DNA from: an uncultured bacterium
GTDB lineage: Bacteria > Gemmatimonadota > Gemmatimonadetes > Gemmatimonadales > Gemmatimonadaceae
DNA: 64,000 nt
Assembly: GCA_963978095.1 (NCBI GenBank)
Contig: CAXBQP010000001.1
Location: forward strand, 96,001 to 160,000
Direction of reading: 5' to 3'
Part shown: one piece after another, positions 1 through 9,643 of the stretch
Numbering within the stretch: position 1 is the stretch's first letter
Layout: every line of letters starts with the position of its first letter
Translations under genes and position numbers: made by a program
Notes under the pieces: generated by a model
Databases searched by the model: none
Told to the model about the DNA's origin: nothing
The model's input: the letters and a program-made list of their open reading frames with translations, nothing else

Positions 1-100
1 GTTGGACATGGTCGGAAGAGATCGAGGAGGTGGTGACTGCCGTTGAAAACTATGAGACGGCACGCACGTCCAGAAGCGTCCATGAGGCGTGCTCGCGTCG

Positions 101-328
101 TCACGCCTCGCGCTTGGGATACACCGTGCGTCCGCCGGTGACGGTCCGGACGACCTTGATGTCCTTGATGGTGTTCGGGTCCACGTCGTGGGGATCCTTC
201 TCGAGCAACACGAAATCCGCGAGCTTCCCCGCCGTGATCGAACCCTTGGCCAGTGGTGGCGCCGCGGCAGCACCGGCGATTAGCGCACTCATCCCCAGGA
301 AATCCTTCCGCGTCACCTTCCTGCTCAT
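101..328 (-). pseudogene. Internally deleted amidohydrolase remnant (Tat-like signal fused directly to the amidohydrolase C-terminus)
   Basis: 75 aa. [12 protein letters not shown]...AAAAP signal-like N-terminus runs straight into [15 protein letters not shown]...[17 protein letters not shown], the typical C-terminal motif of amidohydrolase_3/YtcJ-like proteins; the catalytic barrel is absent. Confidence 0.6.
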
Positions 329-346
329 CGCTGCACCCCCGGAGAG

Positions 347-1699
347 TTAGTGCCCCTCGCCGACGATCGCCGAGTAGACCAGGTCAGGGAACCTGGCGCG
401 GATGTCGGCGCCACTGTTCGGCAGCATCTGCATCATGAACACGATGACCAAGCGTTCTTTGGGATCGACCCGGTACACGGTTCCGTAGGCGCCGCCCCAC
501 CCGAAGGCGCCGGGGTTCGCGAACCCGTTGGCCCCGAGGCGCTCCACGGTCTCGAATCCGAGTCCGAAGCCCATGGCACCATCGCCCGAGTACAAGGTGC
601 CGAGCATGTTGTTCGTCATCAGCCGCACGGACGCTGGCGCAAGGATGCGCACATTCCCCGTGGCGCCTCCGCTCCGGATGCACTCCAGGAACTTCGCATA
701 ATCGAAGGCGGTGCTGACGAGTCCCGCGCCACCGGAATAATTCGCGCGCGGGCCATCGACATAATGTCCTTGGCCCTTGGCCCCGTCCGGGGCACGACGG
801 ACACGCCCCGTGGAATCCGTGGTGTACACGGCCGTTAACCGTTCACGTTTGCCGCGGGGGAGGAAGAAATAGGTGTCCCGCATCCCGAGTGGGCGCGTGA
901 TGTGGTGCTCCAGGTACACCTCGAGGGGCTCGTGCGACACACGCTCGACCACACAGCCGAGGATGTCGAGGCTGTAGCCATACACGAACCCTTGCCCCGG
1001 TTGGGCCACGGCCGGGAGTGTCGCGAGCCGTTCCATCGTGGTACAGATCGGTTCCTCCTTGTCGGCCGTGTACCAACCGAACCCCGCGGCAGGACCGAGC
1101 CCCTTGGCGGCGTAGAGCGGAGCGACGAGTTCGTCCGTACCGTAGGAATATCCCGATGTGTGCGTCAACAGGTCACGGATCGTGATCCGTCGCTTGGCCG
1201 GAACAATGACTCGGCCGCTGTCGGTCCGCATGGCGACGGTCGTGCGGTCGAAGGCCGGAATGAATCGACCGACAGGATCGCTCAGGGAGATCTTTCCCTG
1301 CTCGACCAGCTGCAGGATCGCCGCGCTCACGATCGACTTGGATTGCGAGGCGATCCGGAAGATCGCATCGCTCGTCATTTGACGGCCGATCTCCTTGTCG
1401 GCCCAGCCGACGGCGTGCTGGTACACGACCTTGCCGTCCCGCAGCACCAGCCCCACGGCACCGCTGATCCGTTGCTCATCGACGTACCGCTGCATGAACG
1501 TGTCGATGCGCGCCAGCCGGTCGGTCGCAAAGCCGTTGTCGAGCGTCGTCCCGCCCTCGTCGCCGGCTGCTTTGCCGGTGCGAGTGACCGCGATCTTCGC
1601 GGCCGGTTTTTTGGGTGCCGTCTTCTTCTGCCCCTGGACCGCCACGGCGGGAACGAGCGCGGCGAGCAGACCGAGCAGCAGTCGGCGGGATGACCGCAT
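347..1699 (-). CDS. Secreted serine hydrolase, beta-lactamase/class C-like family
   Basis: Signal peptide, FRIASQSK (SxxK), LLTHTSG and FGWGGAYGT motifs. Confidence 0.85.
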   Translation of the reverse strand: MRSSRRLLLGLLAALVPAVAVQGQKKTAPKKPAAKIAVTRTGKAAGDEGGTTLDNGFATDRLARIDTFMQRYVDEQRISGAVGLVLRDGKVVYQHAVGWADKEIGRQMTSDAIFRIASQSKSIVSAAILQLVEQGKISLSDPVGRFIPAFDRTTVAMRTDSGRVIVPAKRRITIRDLLTHTSGYSYGTDELVAPLYAAKGLGPAAGFGWYTADKEEPICTTMERLATLPAVAQPGQGFVYGYSLDILGCVVERVSHEPLEVYLEHHITRPLGMRDTYFFLPRGKRERLTAVYTTDSTGRVRRAPDGAKGQGHYVDGPRANYSGGAGLVSTAFDYAKFLECIRSGGATGNVRILAPASVRLMTNNMLGTLYSGDGAMGFGLGFETVERLGANGFANPGAFGWGGAYGTVYRVDPKERLVIVFMMQMLPNSGADIRARFPDLVYSAIVGEGH

Positions 1700-1708
1700 C
1701 ACACGCCG

Positions 1709-2332
1709 CTAGAACCGCGAAGGGATGCGCGTCTTCATCACATCATGGTCGACGCCCAGATGCTGCATTGCGGCCGGCGGGCAGCCGGGCCACGCAGGCA
1801 GCGCGACGTTGCCCATGTACTGCAGGTCCTTGACCCCCATCTGACTCGAGAAGAAACCGCTGGCCGTGAAGTCGCGCAGCCGATTGAAGTGCGCCACTCC
1901 TTCTGCCAGCTCCTTCTTGGCCGTCTTCGGCCACGCGATCTGGTCGAGCAGCTGCTTGCGCTGCTCGACCGAGCACTTGGCGAATGATTTGCTGAACGAG
2001 TTGTAGGCAAAGCCGTCGATCCAGCGCAGCGCCTCACGGGTGTTTTGATACGACGGATACTCGATGCAGATCCAATCCATGAACTCCGGCACGCCAGCCT
2101 CGGTCGCGCTGCCGGAGCGGGCATCCCGCGGGATGATCAAGTCCACGAGGATGCGCAGCGCCTGCCATTCATCCGGCTTGAAGAACTTGGGTACGTACGG
2201 CGCGCCAAGCCCTGCGTTCTCCAGTGCGGCGGTCGCGTGGAGCGACGCTTTCATGGCGTCGACATTGGAGATCGGCACGAACGCGAGCGGCGCCACCGCC
2301 GCCGCCTTGAGCATGTCACGACGCGTGGTCAT
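1709..2332 (-). CDS. Gluconate 2-dehydrogenase subunit 3 family protein (Tat-exported partner of GMC flavoprotein)
   Basis: TTRRDML twin-arginine signal, LVDLIIP...SATEAGVPEFMD and GFFSSQMG..DLQYMGN motifs; overlaps the GMC gene stop. Confidence 0.85.
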   Translation of the reverse strand: MTTRRDMLKAAAVAPLAFVPISNVDAMKASLHATAALENAGLGAPYVPKFFKPDEWQALRILVDLIIPRDARSGSATEAGVPEFMDWICIEYPSYQNTREALRWIDGFAYNSFSKSFAKCSVEQRKQLLDQIAWPKTAKKELAEGVAHFNRLRDFTASGFFSSQMGVKDLQYMGNVALPAWPGCPPAAMQHLGVDHDVMKTRIPSRF

Positions 2333-4023
2333 ACCGAGCCCTCCTTGACGGCTTTCGCGAGGTATTCACTGGTCTTCCAGGCCAGCGCCAGGATGGTCCA
2401 GGTCGGATTCTTGTCGGCTTGCGTCACGAACGGCGACCCGTCGACCGCGAACAGATTCTTGCAATCGTGGGCCTGGCAGTTGGCGTTCAGCGCTGAGGAT
2501 TTGGCATCGTGCCCCATGCGCACACCGCCCACTTCGTGAATGATCGAACCGCCGTTCGCGATGCCATACCCCCGCTCCTTGCTTGGCATGGGCGACGAGA
2601 TCTCCCCGCCCATCTCGGTCAGCAGTGCGCGGAATGTCTCCTGCATGTGCTTCACCTGGTTCAACTCGTAATCCGTCCATTTCCAGTGGAAGCGCAGCAC
2701 GGGAATCCCATAGCGATCCTTCTTGGATGGGTCGATCTCGCAATAGGAGCCATCATTGGGCAACATCTCGCCCCGGCCGTCGAAGCCAATGGTCGTCCCC
2801 CAGTACTTCCGGTAGTCGGCCTTCAGATCGGCGCCATACCCGCCGCCGCCGGGATACCGGTGAATGCCGCCCATGAAGCCGTTGCTCGGCTGTCCCTTGC
2901 CGCCCCACACCTCGATGTGGTAGCCGCGCGGGAAGTCCAGCTTCTTGTTGTCCTCCCACCACGGCATGTACACATGCATCCCCCCGACACCGTCGCAGTT
3001 GTGGTTCGGCTGGCCAACGAGCCCCGGAATGAACGCGGAGACCCCCGCGCCGACCGTGTCGGTGATGTACCGGCCCACGACACCACTCGAGTTCGCCAGG
3101 CCATTCGGGTGAACCGACGACTTGGAGTTGAGCAGCAGACGGGCGGACTCGCACGCGCTCGCCGCGAGGACGACCACGCGCGCCTTCACATGACGGTCCT
3201 CGCCACTGTGCTTGTCGACATAGCTCACGCCGGTCGCGAGCCCTTGGGCGTCCGTCGTGATCTCGCGCGCCATGGCATTGGTGATGAGCGTCAGCTTGCC
3301 GGTCTTCATCGCGGGGTAGATCAGCACGTTGGGCGACGTGAAGTTCGCATTCATCGTGCAACCGCGATTGCACTGCCCGCAATAGTGGCAGGCGGCCCGG
3401 CCGTGGATCGGCTTCGTGATGATCGAGAGGCGACTCGGGATGCACGTGATGTTGAGCGTGTCACTCGCCTTCTTCACCAGCAACTCGCGACAGCGCGGCT
3501 TCGGTGCAGGCAGGAAGTTGCCGTCGGGATGGTTGCGCAAACCCTCATTGGATCCGAAGATGCCGACGTAGTCGTCGACCTTGTCGTAGTAGGGCTTGAT
3601 GTCGTCGTACGAGATGGGCCAATCGTCGCCGAGTCCATCGATCGACTTGTGCTTGAAATCATCAGGGCCGAAGCGGAGCGAGATGCGCCCCCAGTGATTC
3701 GTGCGACCGCCCACCATGCGGGCACGCCACCAATCGAACTTGGTGCCTTCTGCCTTGGTGTAGGGCTCACCGTCGATCTCCCATCCGCCGATGCAGGCAT
3801 CAAACTCGCCAAAGGGTCGTTCCTTCGTGCTCGCCCCGCGCCGCGGCGTCTCGTACGGCATCGTCAGCATCTTGGAGTCCTTGGTGTTGTCCCAGGGACC
3901 ACCAGCCTCCAGCATCACGACGTTCGCGCCCGCTTTGGTGAGCACATGGGCGGCCATGCCGCCACCGGCCCCTGAGCCGATGATGGCCACGTCGTAGGTC
4001 ACGCGCTTGGGTTGGGTCTGCAT
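2329..4023 (-). CDS. GMC family FAD oxidoreductase (glycoside 3-dehydrogenase-like large subunit)
   Basis: IIGSGAGG FAD motif, GGRTNHWGR, CHYCGQCNRGC Fe-S-type motif, HEVGGVRMG and NPTWTILAL. Confidence 0.9.
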   Translation of the reverse strand: MQTQPKRVTYDVAIIGSGAGGGMAAHVLTKAGANVVMLEAGGPWDNTKDSKMLTMPYETPRRGASTKERPFGEFDACIGGWEIDGEPYTKAEGTKFDWWRARMVGGRTNHWGRISLRFGPDDFKHKSIDGLGDDWPISYDDIKPYYDKVDDYVGIFGSNEGLRNHPDGNFLPAPKPRCRELLVKKASDTLNITCIPSRLSIITKPIHGRAACHYCGQCNRGCTMNANFTSPNVLIYPAMKTGKLTLITNAMAREITTDAQGLATGVSYVDKHSGEDRHVKARVVVLAASACESARLLLNSKSSVHPNGLANSSGVVGRYITDTVGAGVSAFIPGLVGQPNHNCDGVGGMHVYMPWWEDNKKLDFPRGYHIEVWGGKGQPSNGFMGGIHRYPGGGGYGADLKADYRKYWGTTIGFDGRGEMLPNDGSYCEIDPSKKDRYGIPVLRFHWKWTDYELNQVKHMQETFRALLTEMGGEISSPMPSKERGYGIANGGSIIHEVGGVRMGHDAKSSALNANCQAHDCKNLFAVDGSPFVTQADKNPTWTILALAWKTSEYLAKAVKEGSV

Positions 4024-4081
4024 CTCGGAAACCGGAAGGTTGGGAATGCCATCGCGCCGCCGACCTGCGCGGCGCGTTGCC

Positions 4082-4963
4082 TCAGAACTCGAGCGTGCTC
4101 AAATACCGATAGCTGGCGGTGATGCTCGCGAACACGTCCTTCGGTTGATCGTGCTCGACGATGAAGTGCTGGAAGCCGGCCTGCTTCGACTCCCGAAAGA
4201 TGGCCGTCCAGTTGATGACGCCCGCCCCGACGTCGCGCATTTCATGCTGCGGGGCGCCGCCGGAGTCCTTGACGTGCGCCAGCCGGAACCGCCCCGGATA
4301 CTTCTTGAAGTACGCGAGGGGATCCTGGCCGGCGTTGGTGATCCAGTACAGGTCCATCTCGAAATCCACCAGCGCCGGATCCGTTTCGCCGAGCAGCACG
4401 TCAAGCGGCATCACGCTCCCCGTCGGCGCGCCGACCGGCTTGAACTCGGCGTTGTGGTTGTGGTAGGCAAAACGCATCCCCGCATCGCGGCAGCGGGCAC
4501 CGGCTTCGTTGAACCGCTTCGCGAGATCCTTCAGCCCCTCGATCGACGCCAGCGATTTCCCGGGTACGGACGCCACGATCACCCACTGGTGGCCGAGGGC
4601 CTTCGCAGCAGCGGCGGTGGTCGCCCACTGCGCCTCGACTTGGGGCATCCCGACATGACAGGAGGGCGCGGTCAGGGCGAGGGAGTCGAGCTTGGCGCGC
4701 AACGCGCCGGGGTCCCGATCGAAATAGCCGGCAAACTCGACGTCGCGATACCCGATCGCCGCGACCTTTTCGAGTGTTGCCTCGACGCTCTTGGCCATCT
4801 CGGACCGGGCGGTGTAGAGCTGAAGGCCGACGCGACCGAGTCGCGTGCGCAGACGATCGGAGAGGGCGCTGTGCGGCACCTGTGCGGCGCGCACGGCACC
4901 GGGCATCAGGCCGACGGCCGCGGCCGCAGCGGCGGTCGTGAGGAAGTCGCGGCGAGTGGTCAC
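4082..4963 (-). CDS. Tat-exported sugar phosphate isomerase/epimerase (xylose isomerase-like TIM barrel)
   Basis: TTRRDFL signal; GLQLYT, YHNHNAEF, FEMDLYW, HVKD and VEHD motifs. Start placed at a GTG. Confidence 0.85.
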   Translation of the reverse strand: MTTRRDFLTTAAAAAAVGLMPGAVRAAQVPHSALSDRLRTRLGRVGLQLYTARSEMAKSVEATLEKVAAIGYRDVEFAGYFDRDPGALRAKLDSLALTAPSCHVGMPQVEAQWATTAAAAKALGHQWVIVASVPGKSLASIEGLKDLAKRFNEAGARCRDAGMRFAYHNHNAEFKPVGAPTGSVMPLDVLLGETDPALVDFEMDLYWITNAGQDPLAYFKKYPGRFRLAHVKDSGGAPQHEMRDVGAGVINWTAIFRESKQAGFQHFIVEHDQPKDVFASITASYRYLSTLEF

Positions 4964-5030
4964 CACAAGAGATTGGCTGAGGGACCCGAACTTCGCAACT
5001 GTATAGGGGCTGACCACCGCGCCCCCCCGC

Positions 5031-6365
5031 TCAGAACGCGGCGTCCACCTTCAACAACGTGTGCAGCAGAACGTTGGCGCCGTTCGTGATGTCCTCCGGC
5101 GACGAGAACTCGGTCGGCGCATGACTGATCCCCTTCAGGCTCGGCACGAAGACCATTCCCACCGGGCAGATCTGGGCCAGGTCCTGAGCGTCGTGCCCCG
5201 CGCCACTCGGCAACGTGATGTGGGAGAGCCCCAATTCCCGAGCTGACGCAGCGACCATCGCCCGGATGCGCAGATCGGTGGGCGCCGGGATGTTGTCCGT
5301 GAACTGGTGGAACTCGAACGTGGTGTCGTTCATCGCCCCCACCTTCGCCGACTCGGTTTTGATTCGGGCGAATAACGTGTCGATCTTCTTGCCGTCGAGG
5401 TCGCGAATCTCCAACGTGAGGACGACCTTCCCGGGAATCACGTTCGGAGCGCCGGGGAAGGCCTGGATGCGTCCGACGGTGCCAACCTGGCGCCCGGGGG
5501 TCGCGCGGATCACGCGGTTCACCATCTCCGTGAATCGCGCCGCGCTGAGCATCGCGTCCCGTCGCTCGGCCATCGCGGTCGTCCCGGCATGATTGGCGAA
5601 GCCGCTGATGGTGACTTCCCACTGCTTGATCCCCACGATCCCCTCGACCACGCCGATCTGCTTCTTCTGCTGGTCGAGGGTTCCCCCCTGTTCGATATGC
5701 AGCTCGAGATACGCGGCGACCGAACCCTTGGCACGCCGCGTGCGCTCCAGATGCGCGGGGTCACCGCCAAGGAAGGCGATGCCCTCGCGGATCGTCTTGC
5801 CGCTGCGGCTGACGGTGTTGAGCTCCGCCTCCGTGAGCACCGCCGTGGCCGCATGACTTCCCCACAGCCCGCCCTCCTCGTTCTGCCAGATCACGACCTC
5901 GAGGGGATGCCGCGTCGTGATGCCAGCCTCACCCAACGTCTGCGCGACTTCGATCGCGCCCATCGAGCCGACCTGCCCGTCGTAGTTCCCGCCTTCGGGG
6001 ACCGAATCGATATGAGAGCCGATGATGATGCTCGGACGCGACGGATCCGAACCGGCGCGCCGACCGATGATGTTGCCAGCGGCGTCGATCGAGACGTCGA
6101 GCTTCGCATCACGGAGCATCTGCTGTACGAGCACCCGGGCATCACGGTCGGCATCGCTGTACGCGAGTCGCGAGACCCCGCCCTGCGGGTTCCTCCCGAA
6201 CGCATGCAGTTGCTCGAGATGTGCATTGAGCCTGCCACCGTTCACGGTCGGTACCGCCCACCGCGGGAACGGCTCCGCGTGCATGTGACGCGGCAGGAGC
6301 GCCGCACCAAGGACACCTGCGACCGCAGTTCCGAACTCACGGCGGGACCAGTGATGTGATGACAT
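5031..6365 (-). CDS. Zn-dependent hydrolase, allantoate amidohydrolase/N-carbamoyl-L-amino acid hydrolase (M20) family
   Basis: GSHIDSVP, NEEG, ELHIEQG, NHAGTT and SGAGHDAQ motifs; SRREF Tat-like N-terminus. Confidence 0.88.
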   Translation of the reverse strand: MSSHHWSRREFGTAVAGVLGAALLPRHMHAEPFPRWAVPTVNGGRLNAHLEQLHAFGRNPQGGVSRLAYSDADRDARVLVQQMLRDAKLDVSIDAAGNIIGRRAGSDPSRPSIIIGSHIDSVPEGGNYDGQVGSMGAIEVAQTLGEAGITTRHPLEVVIWQNEEGGLWGSHAATAVLTEAELNTVSRSGKTIREGIAFLGGDPAHLERTRRAKGSVAAYLELHIEQGGTLDQQKKQIGVVEGIVGIKQWEVTISGFANHAGTTAMAERRDAMLSAARFTEMVNRVIRATPGRQVGTVGRIQAFPGAPNVIPGKVVLTLEIRDLDGKKIDTLFARIKTESAKVGAMNDTTFEFHQFTDNIPAPTDLRIRAMVAASARELGLSHITLPSGAGHDAQDLAQICPVGMVFVPSLKGISHAPTEFSSPEDITNGANVLLHTLLKVDAAF

Positions 6366-6430
6366 GAAGCGGCACTCGATGACGGTTAGGGTTCGAAACT
6401 CGCGGCCAATGTGCGGCACAGGCCTCGGGC

Positions 6431-7516
6431 TCAGGGAACGATCAACGCCTTCACGACCTCGCGATGGGCCACTGCCGCCAGCGCCTCGTTGGCTTGCTCC
6501 AATCCGAAGCGCGCCGTGATGGCATCGGCCCACGGCAGGCGTTGTCCCTGATGGGCCAACAGCTGCAGCGCCCGGTGCACATGCGAGTAATCACACCCCC
6601 AGCAGCCGCGAAGCTCGACATGCTTGCGATTGATGGCAAGGTGCGGATTGATGGTGACGTCCCCGGCGTTCGTGTATTGTCCGGCGATCACGACGCGCCC
6701 GCCGTCGCGTACGAGTTCCAGCGCCTGCGGGACCGCGCGAGGATCCCCCGCGGCCTCGATCACCACGTCGACGCCGCGCCCCCCGGTCCAAGCCCGCACC
6801 TGTGCGGCGCGCTCGGACTCCGGCACGTCGAGACCGAGCGTGTGAGTCGCCCCCATCTGCCTCGCAAATTCCAAGCGGGAGGCCGGAGCACCGATGGCGA
6901 TCACGGGGTACGCGCCGCTCAGGCGACTGAGCGCGACCGCGGCCTGCCCCACCGGCCCAGCACCGAGTACCGCAACGGCATCGCCCAACGCCACCTGCCC
7001 CCGCTCGACCGCGTGGACGGAGGTCACCAGTCCGCACCCGCCGGCGATGAAGGTCACGGGATCCACACCAGCCGGGATCCGCAGCATCTTCACGCCAGGC
7101 TTCATCCAGATGTGGGTGGCCCATCCGCCGAGCGGCCCGTCGTTCATGCCGTACGTGATGCCGTACACCTTCCGCTTGGGACACCGCGTCGTCTGCTTGG
7201 TGACCAAGCACTCGTAGCATCGGCCGCACGTTTCATGCACATCGAGAAAGGTCACCAGATCACCTTCCCGAAACGGCTCGCCGTCGATATCCGTCACCAC
7301 GCCACGGATCTCCTCGAGATGACCGATCGACACATGCCCGGGAATCAGCGGATACGGGACGCCACTCAGCTTCCCCTGCTGCAAATGGACATCGGTGCCG
7401 CACACTTCGGAGTAGAGCGTGCGCAGGAGCGCGGCGCCCGGCTCCAAGGTGGGGCGCGGCAGCTCCCGAAGCTCTACGGGAGCGCCAGCATGCGGAATCA
7501 CGGCGGCACGTATCAT
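6431..7516 (-). CDS. Zinc-binding alcohol dehydrogenase (MDR family)
   Basis: CGTDVH, GH, CGRCYEC..C structural Zn motif and GAGPVG. Confidence 0.88.
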   Translation of the reverse strand: MIRAAVIPHAGAPVELRELPRPTLEPGAALLRTLYSEVCGTDVHLQQGKLSGVPYPLIPGHVSIGHLEEIRGVVTDIDGEPFREGDLVTFLDVHETCGRCYECLVTKQTTRCPKRKVYGITYGMNDGPLGGWATHIWMKPGVKMLRIPAGVDPVTFIAGGCGLVTSVHAVERGQVALGDAVAVLGAGPVGQAAVALSRLSGAYPVIAIGAPASRLEFARQMGATHTLGLDVPESERAAQVRAWTGGRGVDVVIEAAGDPRAVPQALELVRDGGRVVIAGQYTNAGDVTINPHLAINRKHVELRGCWGCDYSHVHRALQLLAHQGQRLPWADAITARFGLEQANEALAAVAHREVVKALIVP

Positions 7517-8067
7517 GGCGTCAGCAGATCGAGGAAATGCTTGCGCAGCTTGGCGACCTTCGGCTCGATCGTCACGGCGCAATATGCGTTGTGCGGATTC
7601 CGCGCGTAGTAATCCTGATGATAGGCCTCTGCCGGATAGTAGTTCGTCAGCGGCGTGACCTCGGTGACGATCGTGCCGCTCCAGATCCCCGCCGCGGTGA
7701 AATCAGCGATGGTGGCGCGCGCCGTGGCGGCCTGATCCATGGAATGCGTGAACACGGCCGACCGATACTGTGTCCCAACGTCGCCACCCTGTCGATTCAG
7801 CGTCGTCGGATCGTGTACGGTGAAAAAGACCTCGAGCAACTGCCGATAGCTGATTTGCGCCGAATCGAACTCGACGCGGATGACCTCGGCGTGTCCTGTG
7901 ACGCCAGTACACACCTGCTCGTAGGTCGGATTCGGACGACGCCCGCCGCTGTAGCCGTTCTCCACATGATGCACGCCACGAAGCAGGCGAAACACGGCTT
8001 CGACGCACCAGAAACAGCCGCCCGCGAGCGTGGCGCTCTCGCGTGTGGAAGGTGGGCGGTCCGTCAC
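7513..8067 (-). CDS. msrA: Peptide-methionine (S)-S-oxide reductase
   Basis: GGCFWC, TGHAEV and AEAYHQDYY motifs; GTG start overlaps the msrB stop. Confidence 0.93.
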   Translation of the reverse strand: MTDRPPSTRESATLAGGCFWCVEAVFRLLRGVHHVENGYSGGRRPNPTYEQVCTGVTGHAEVIRVEFDSAQISYRQLLEVFFTVHDPTTLNRQGGDVGTQYRSAVFTHSMDQAATARATIADFTAAGIWSGTIVTEVTPLTNYYPAEAYHQDYYARNPHNAYCAVTIEPKVAKLRKHFLDLLTP

Positions 8068-8519
8068 GCGCCCTCCCGGGAGAAGAGGGACACATACTGC
8101 GCATATCCTTCCGCCTCGAGCCGTTCCCGCGGGACGAACCGCAACGACGCCGAGTTGATGCAATAGCGAAGCCCCGTCGTGCCGGGACCGTCAGGAAAGA
8201 GATGTCCCAGATGCGAGTCGGCGCCCGCTGACCGGACTTCGATGCGTCGCATGCCGTAGCTGTGGTCACTGTGCTCCGTGATGTTCGCGGGCTCGATCGG
8301 ACGGTCGAAACTCGGCCACCCGGTGCCACTGTCGAACTTGTGTACCGACGAGAACAGCGGCTCCCCGGACACGATGTCCACGTAGATCCCGTCTTCGTGG
8401 TGGTTCCAGAACGCGTTATTGAACGGCGGCTCGGTGGCACTGCACTGCGTGACTTGGTACTGCGTCTCGCTCAGCCGCGCCTTCAGTTCAGGATTCTCTG
8501 GTCTGGTCTTGTGCATCAA
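8064..8519 (-). CDS. msrB: Peptide-methionine (R)-S-oxide reductase
   Basis: [22 protein letters not shown] and RYCINSASL motifs. Confidence 0.95.
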   Translation of the reverse strand: MMHKTRPENPELKARLSETQYQVTQCSATEPPFNNAFWNHHEDGIYVDIVSGEPLFSSVHKFDSGTGWPSFDRPIEPANITEHSDHSYGMRRIEVRSAGADSHLGHLFPDGPGTTGLRYCINSASLRFVPRERLEAEGYAQYVSLFSREGA

Positions 8520-8609
8520 AGTTGCCTCCGGGCGAGCGTGGCGTCGAGTGACTATTCTACGAAGCGCTCTCCGTTGGCGTCACCCCCACGCGTCCTCCCT
8601 GTCCGCCCC

Positions 8610-9599
8610 ATGATTGTCCCCGCACCGCTCTCCCCGCTCGACCTGCAGGATATTCAGGACGCCGCCGACCGGATTGCCGGCACCGCCGTGCGCACCCCGC
8701 TTCTTCGATTGTCCACCGATACCGGGACCCACAACGAGACCGAGATCTGGCTCAAGCTCGAGTCGCTCCAGCCGATCGGATCGTTCAAGCTCCGTGGAGC
8801 GCTCAGCGCCGTCCGTGCCCTGCCGCCATCCGATCTGGCGGCCGGCGTACACACGACGAGCGCCGGCAACTTCGCGCAGGGACTCGCGTGGGCCGCCCGC
8901 GAGGCCGGCGTACCGTGCGCGATCTTCGCACCGGACCACGCCCCGGCGACGAAGATCGAGGCCATCCGACGGCTTGGCGCCGAGGTCACGCTCGTGCCGT
9001 TCGCCCAATGGTGGCACTGGCTACAACAGCATCAGGTCGACGGCGCCGCCGGCACCTATGTCCACCCGGGCGCCGACCGGCGAGTGATGGCGGGCAACGC
9101 GACCATCGGTCGGGAGATTCTGGCCGATCTGCCGGACACGGATGCCATCCTGGTGCCCTATGGTAGCGGCGGGTTGGCCTGCGGAATTGCCTGCGCCGTT
9201 CGGCTGCTGCGCCCGACCGCACGGATCTTTCCGGTCGAACGCGCCGGCGTCGCCCCCTATGGCGCGGCGCGGGCCGCGGAACGGCCGGTGACGATCCCCT
9301 ACACCCCGAGCTTCATCGACGGAATGGGCGGCACGACCGTGCTTCCCGAGATGTTCCCGCTCGCCCAGCAGCTGTTGGCTGAGTCGCTCGACGTCACGAT
9401 CGACGAAGTCGCCAGCGCCGTGCGATGGCTCGCCGAGCGCAATCGCATCGTCGCCGAGGGGGCAGGTGCCGCCCCGGTCGCGGCCGCGTTGCGGCATGCG
9501 CGCGCCATCGGGGTTCGTCGCCTCGTCTGTGTCGTGTCCGGCGGCAACATCGACACCCCGACGCTCGCGACCATTCTGGCCGGCACCACACCGTCGTAG
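8610..9599 (+). CDS. PLP-dependent threonine/serine dehydratase family protein
   Basis: LKLESLQPIGSFKLRGA, SAGNFAQG, GSGGL and SGGNID motifs. Confidence 0.88.
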   Translation: MIVPAPLSPLDLQDIQDAADRIAGTAVRTPLLRLSTDTGTHNETEIWLKLESLQPIGSFKLRGALSAVRALPPSDLAAGVHTTSAGNFAQGLAWAAREAGVPCAIFAPDHAPATKIEAIRRLGAEVTLVPFAQWWHWLQQHQVDGAAGTYVHPGADRRVMAGNATIGREILADLPDTDAILVPYGSGGLACGIACAVRLLRPTARIFPVERAGVAPYGAARAAERPVTIPYTPSFIDGMGGTTVLPEMFPLAQQLLAESLDVTIDEVASAVRWLAERNRIVAEGAGAAPVAAALRHARAIGVRRLVCVVSGGNIDTPTLATILAGTTPS

Positions 9600-9643
9600 C
9601 GCCTCACCCGCCCCGGTCTCTCGGGGGCGCGGATCTGCCTCCG

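Noticed and set aside
7513..8519. msrAB as part of a photo-oxidative defence module of the PGC
   Set aside because: It lies about 7 kb outside the cluster among housekeeping genes, and I saw no PpsR box upstream.
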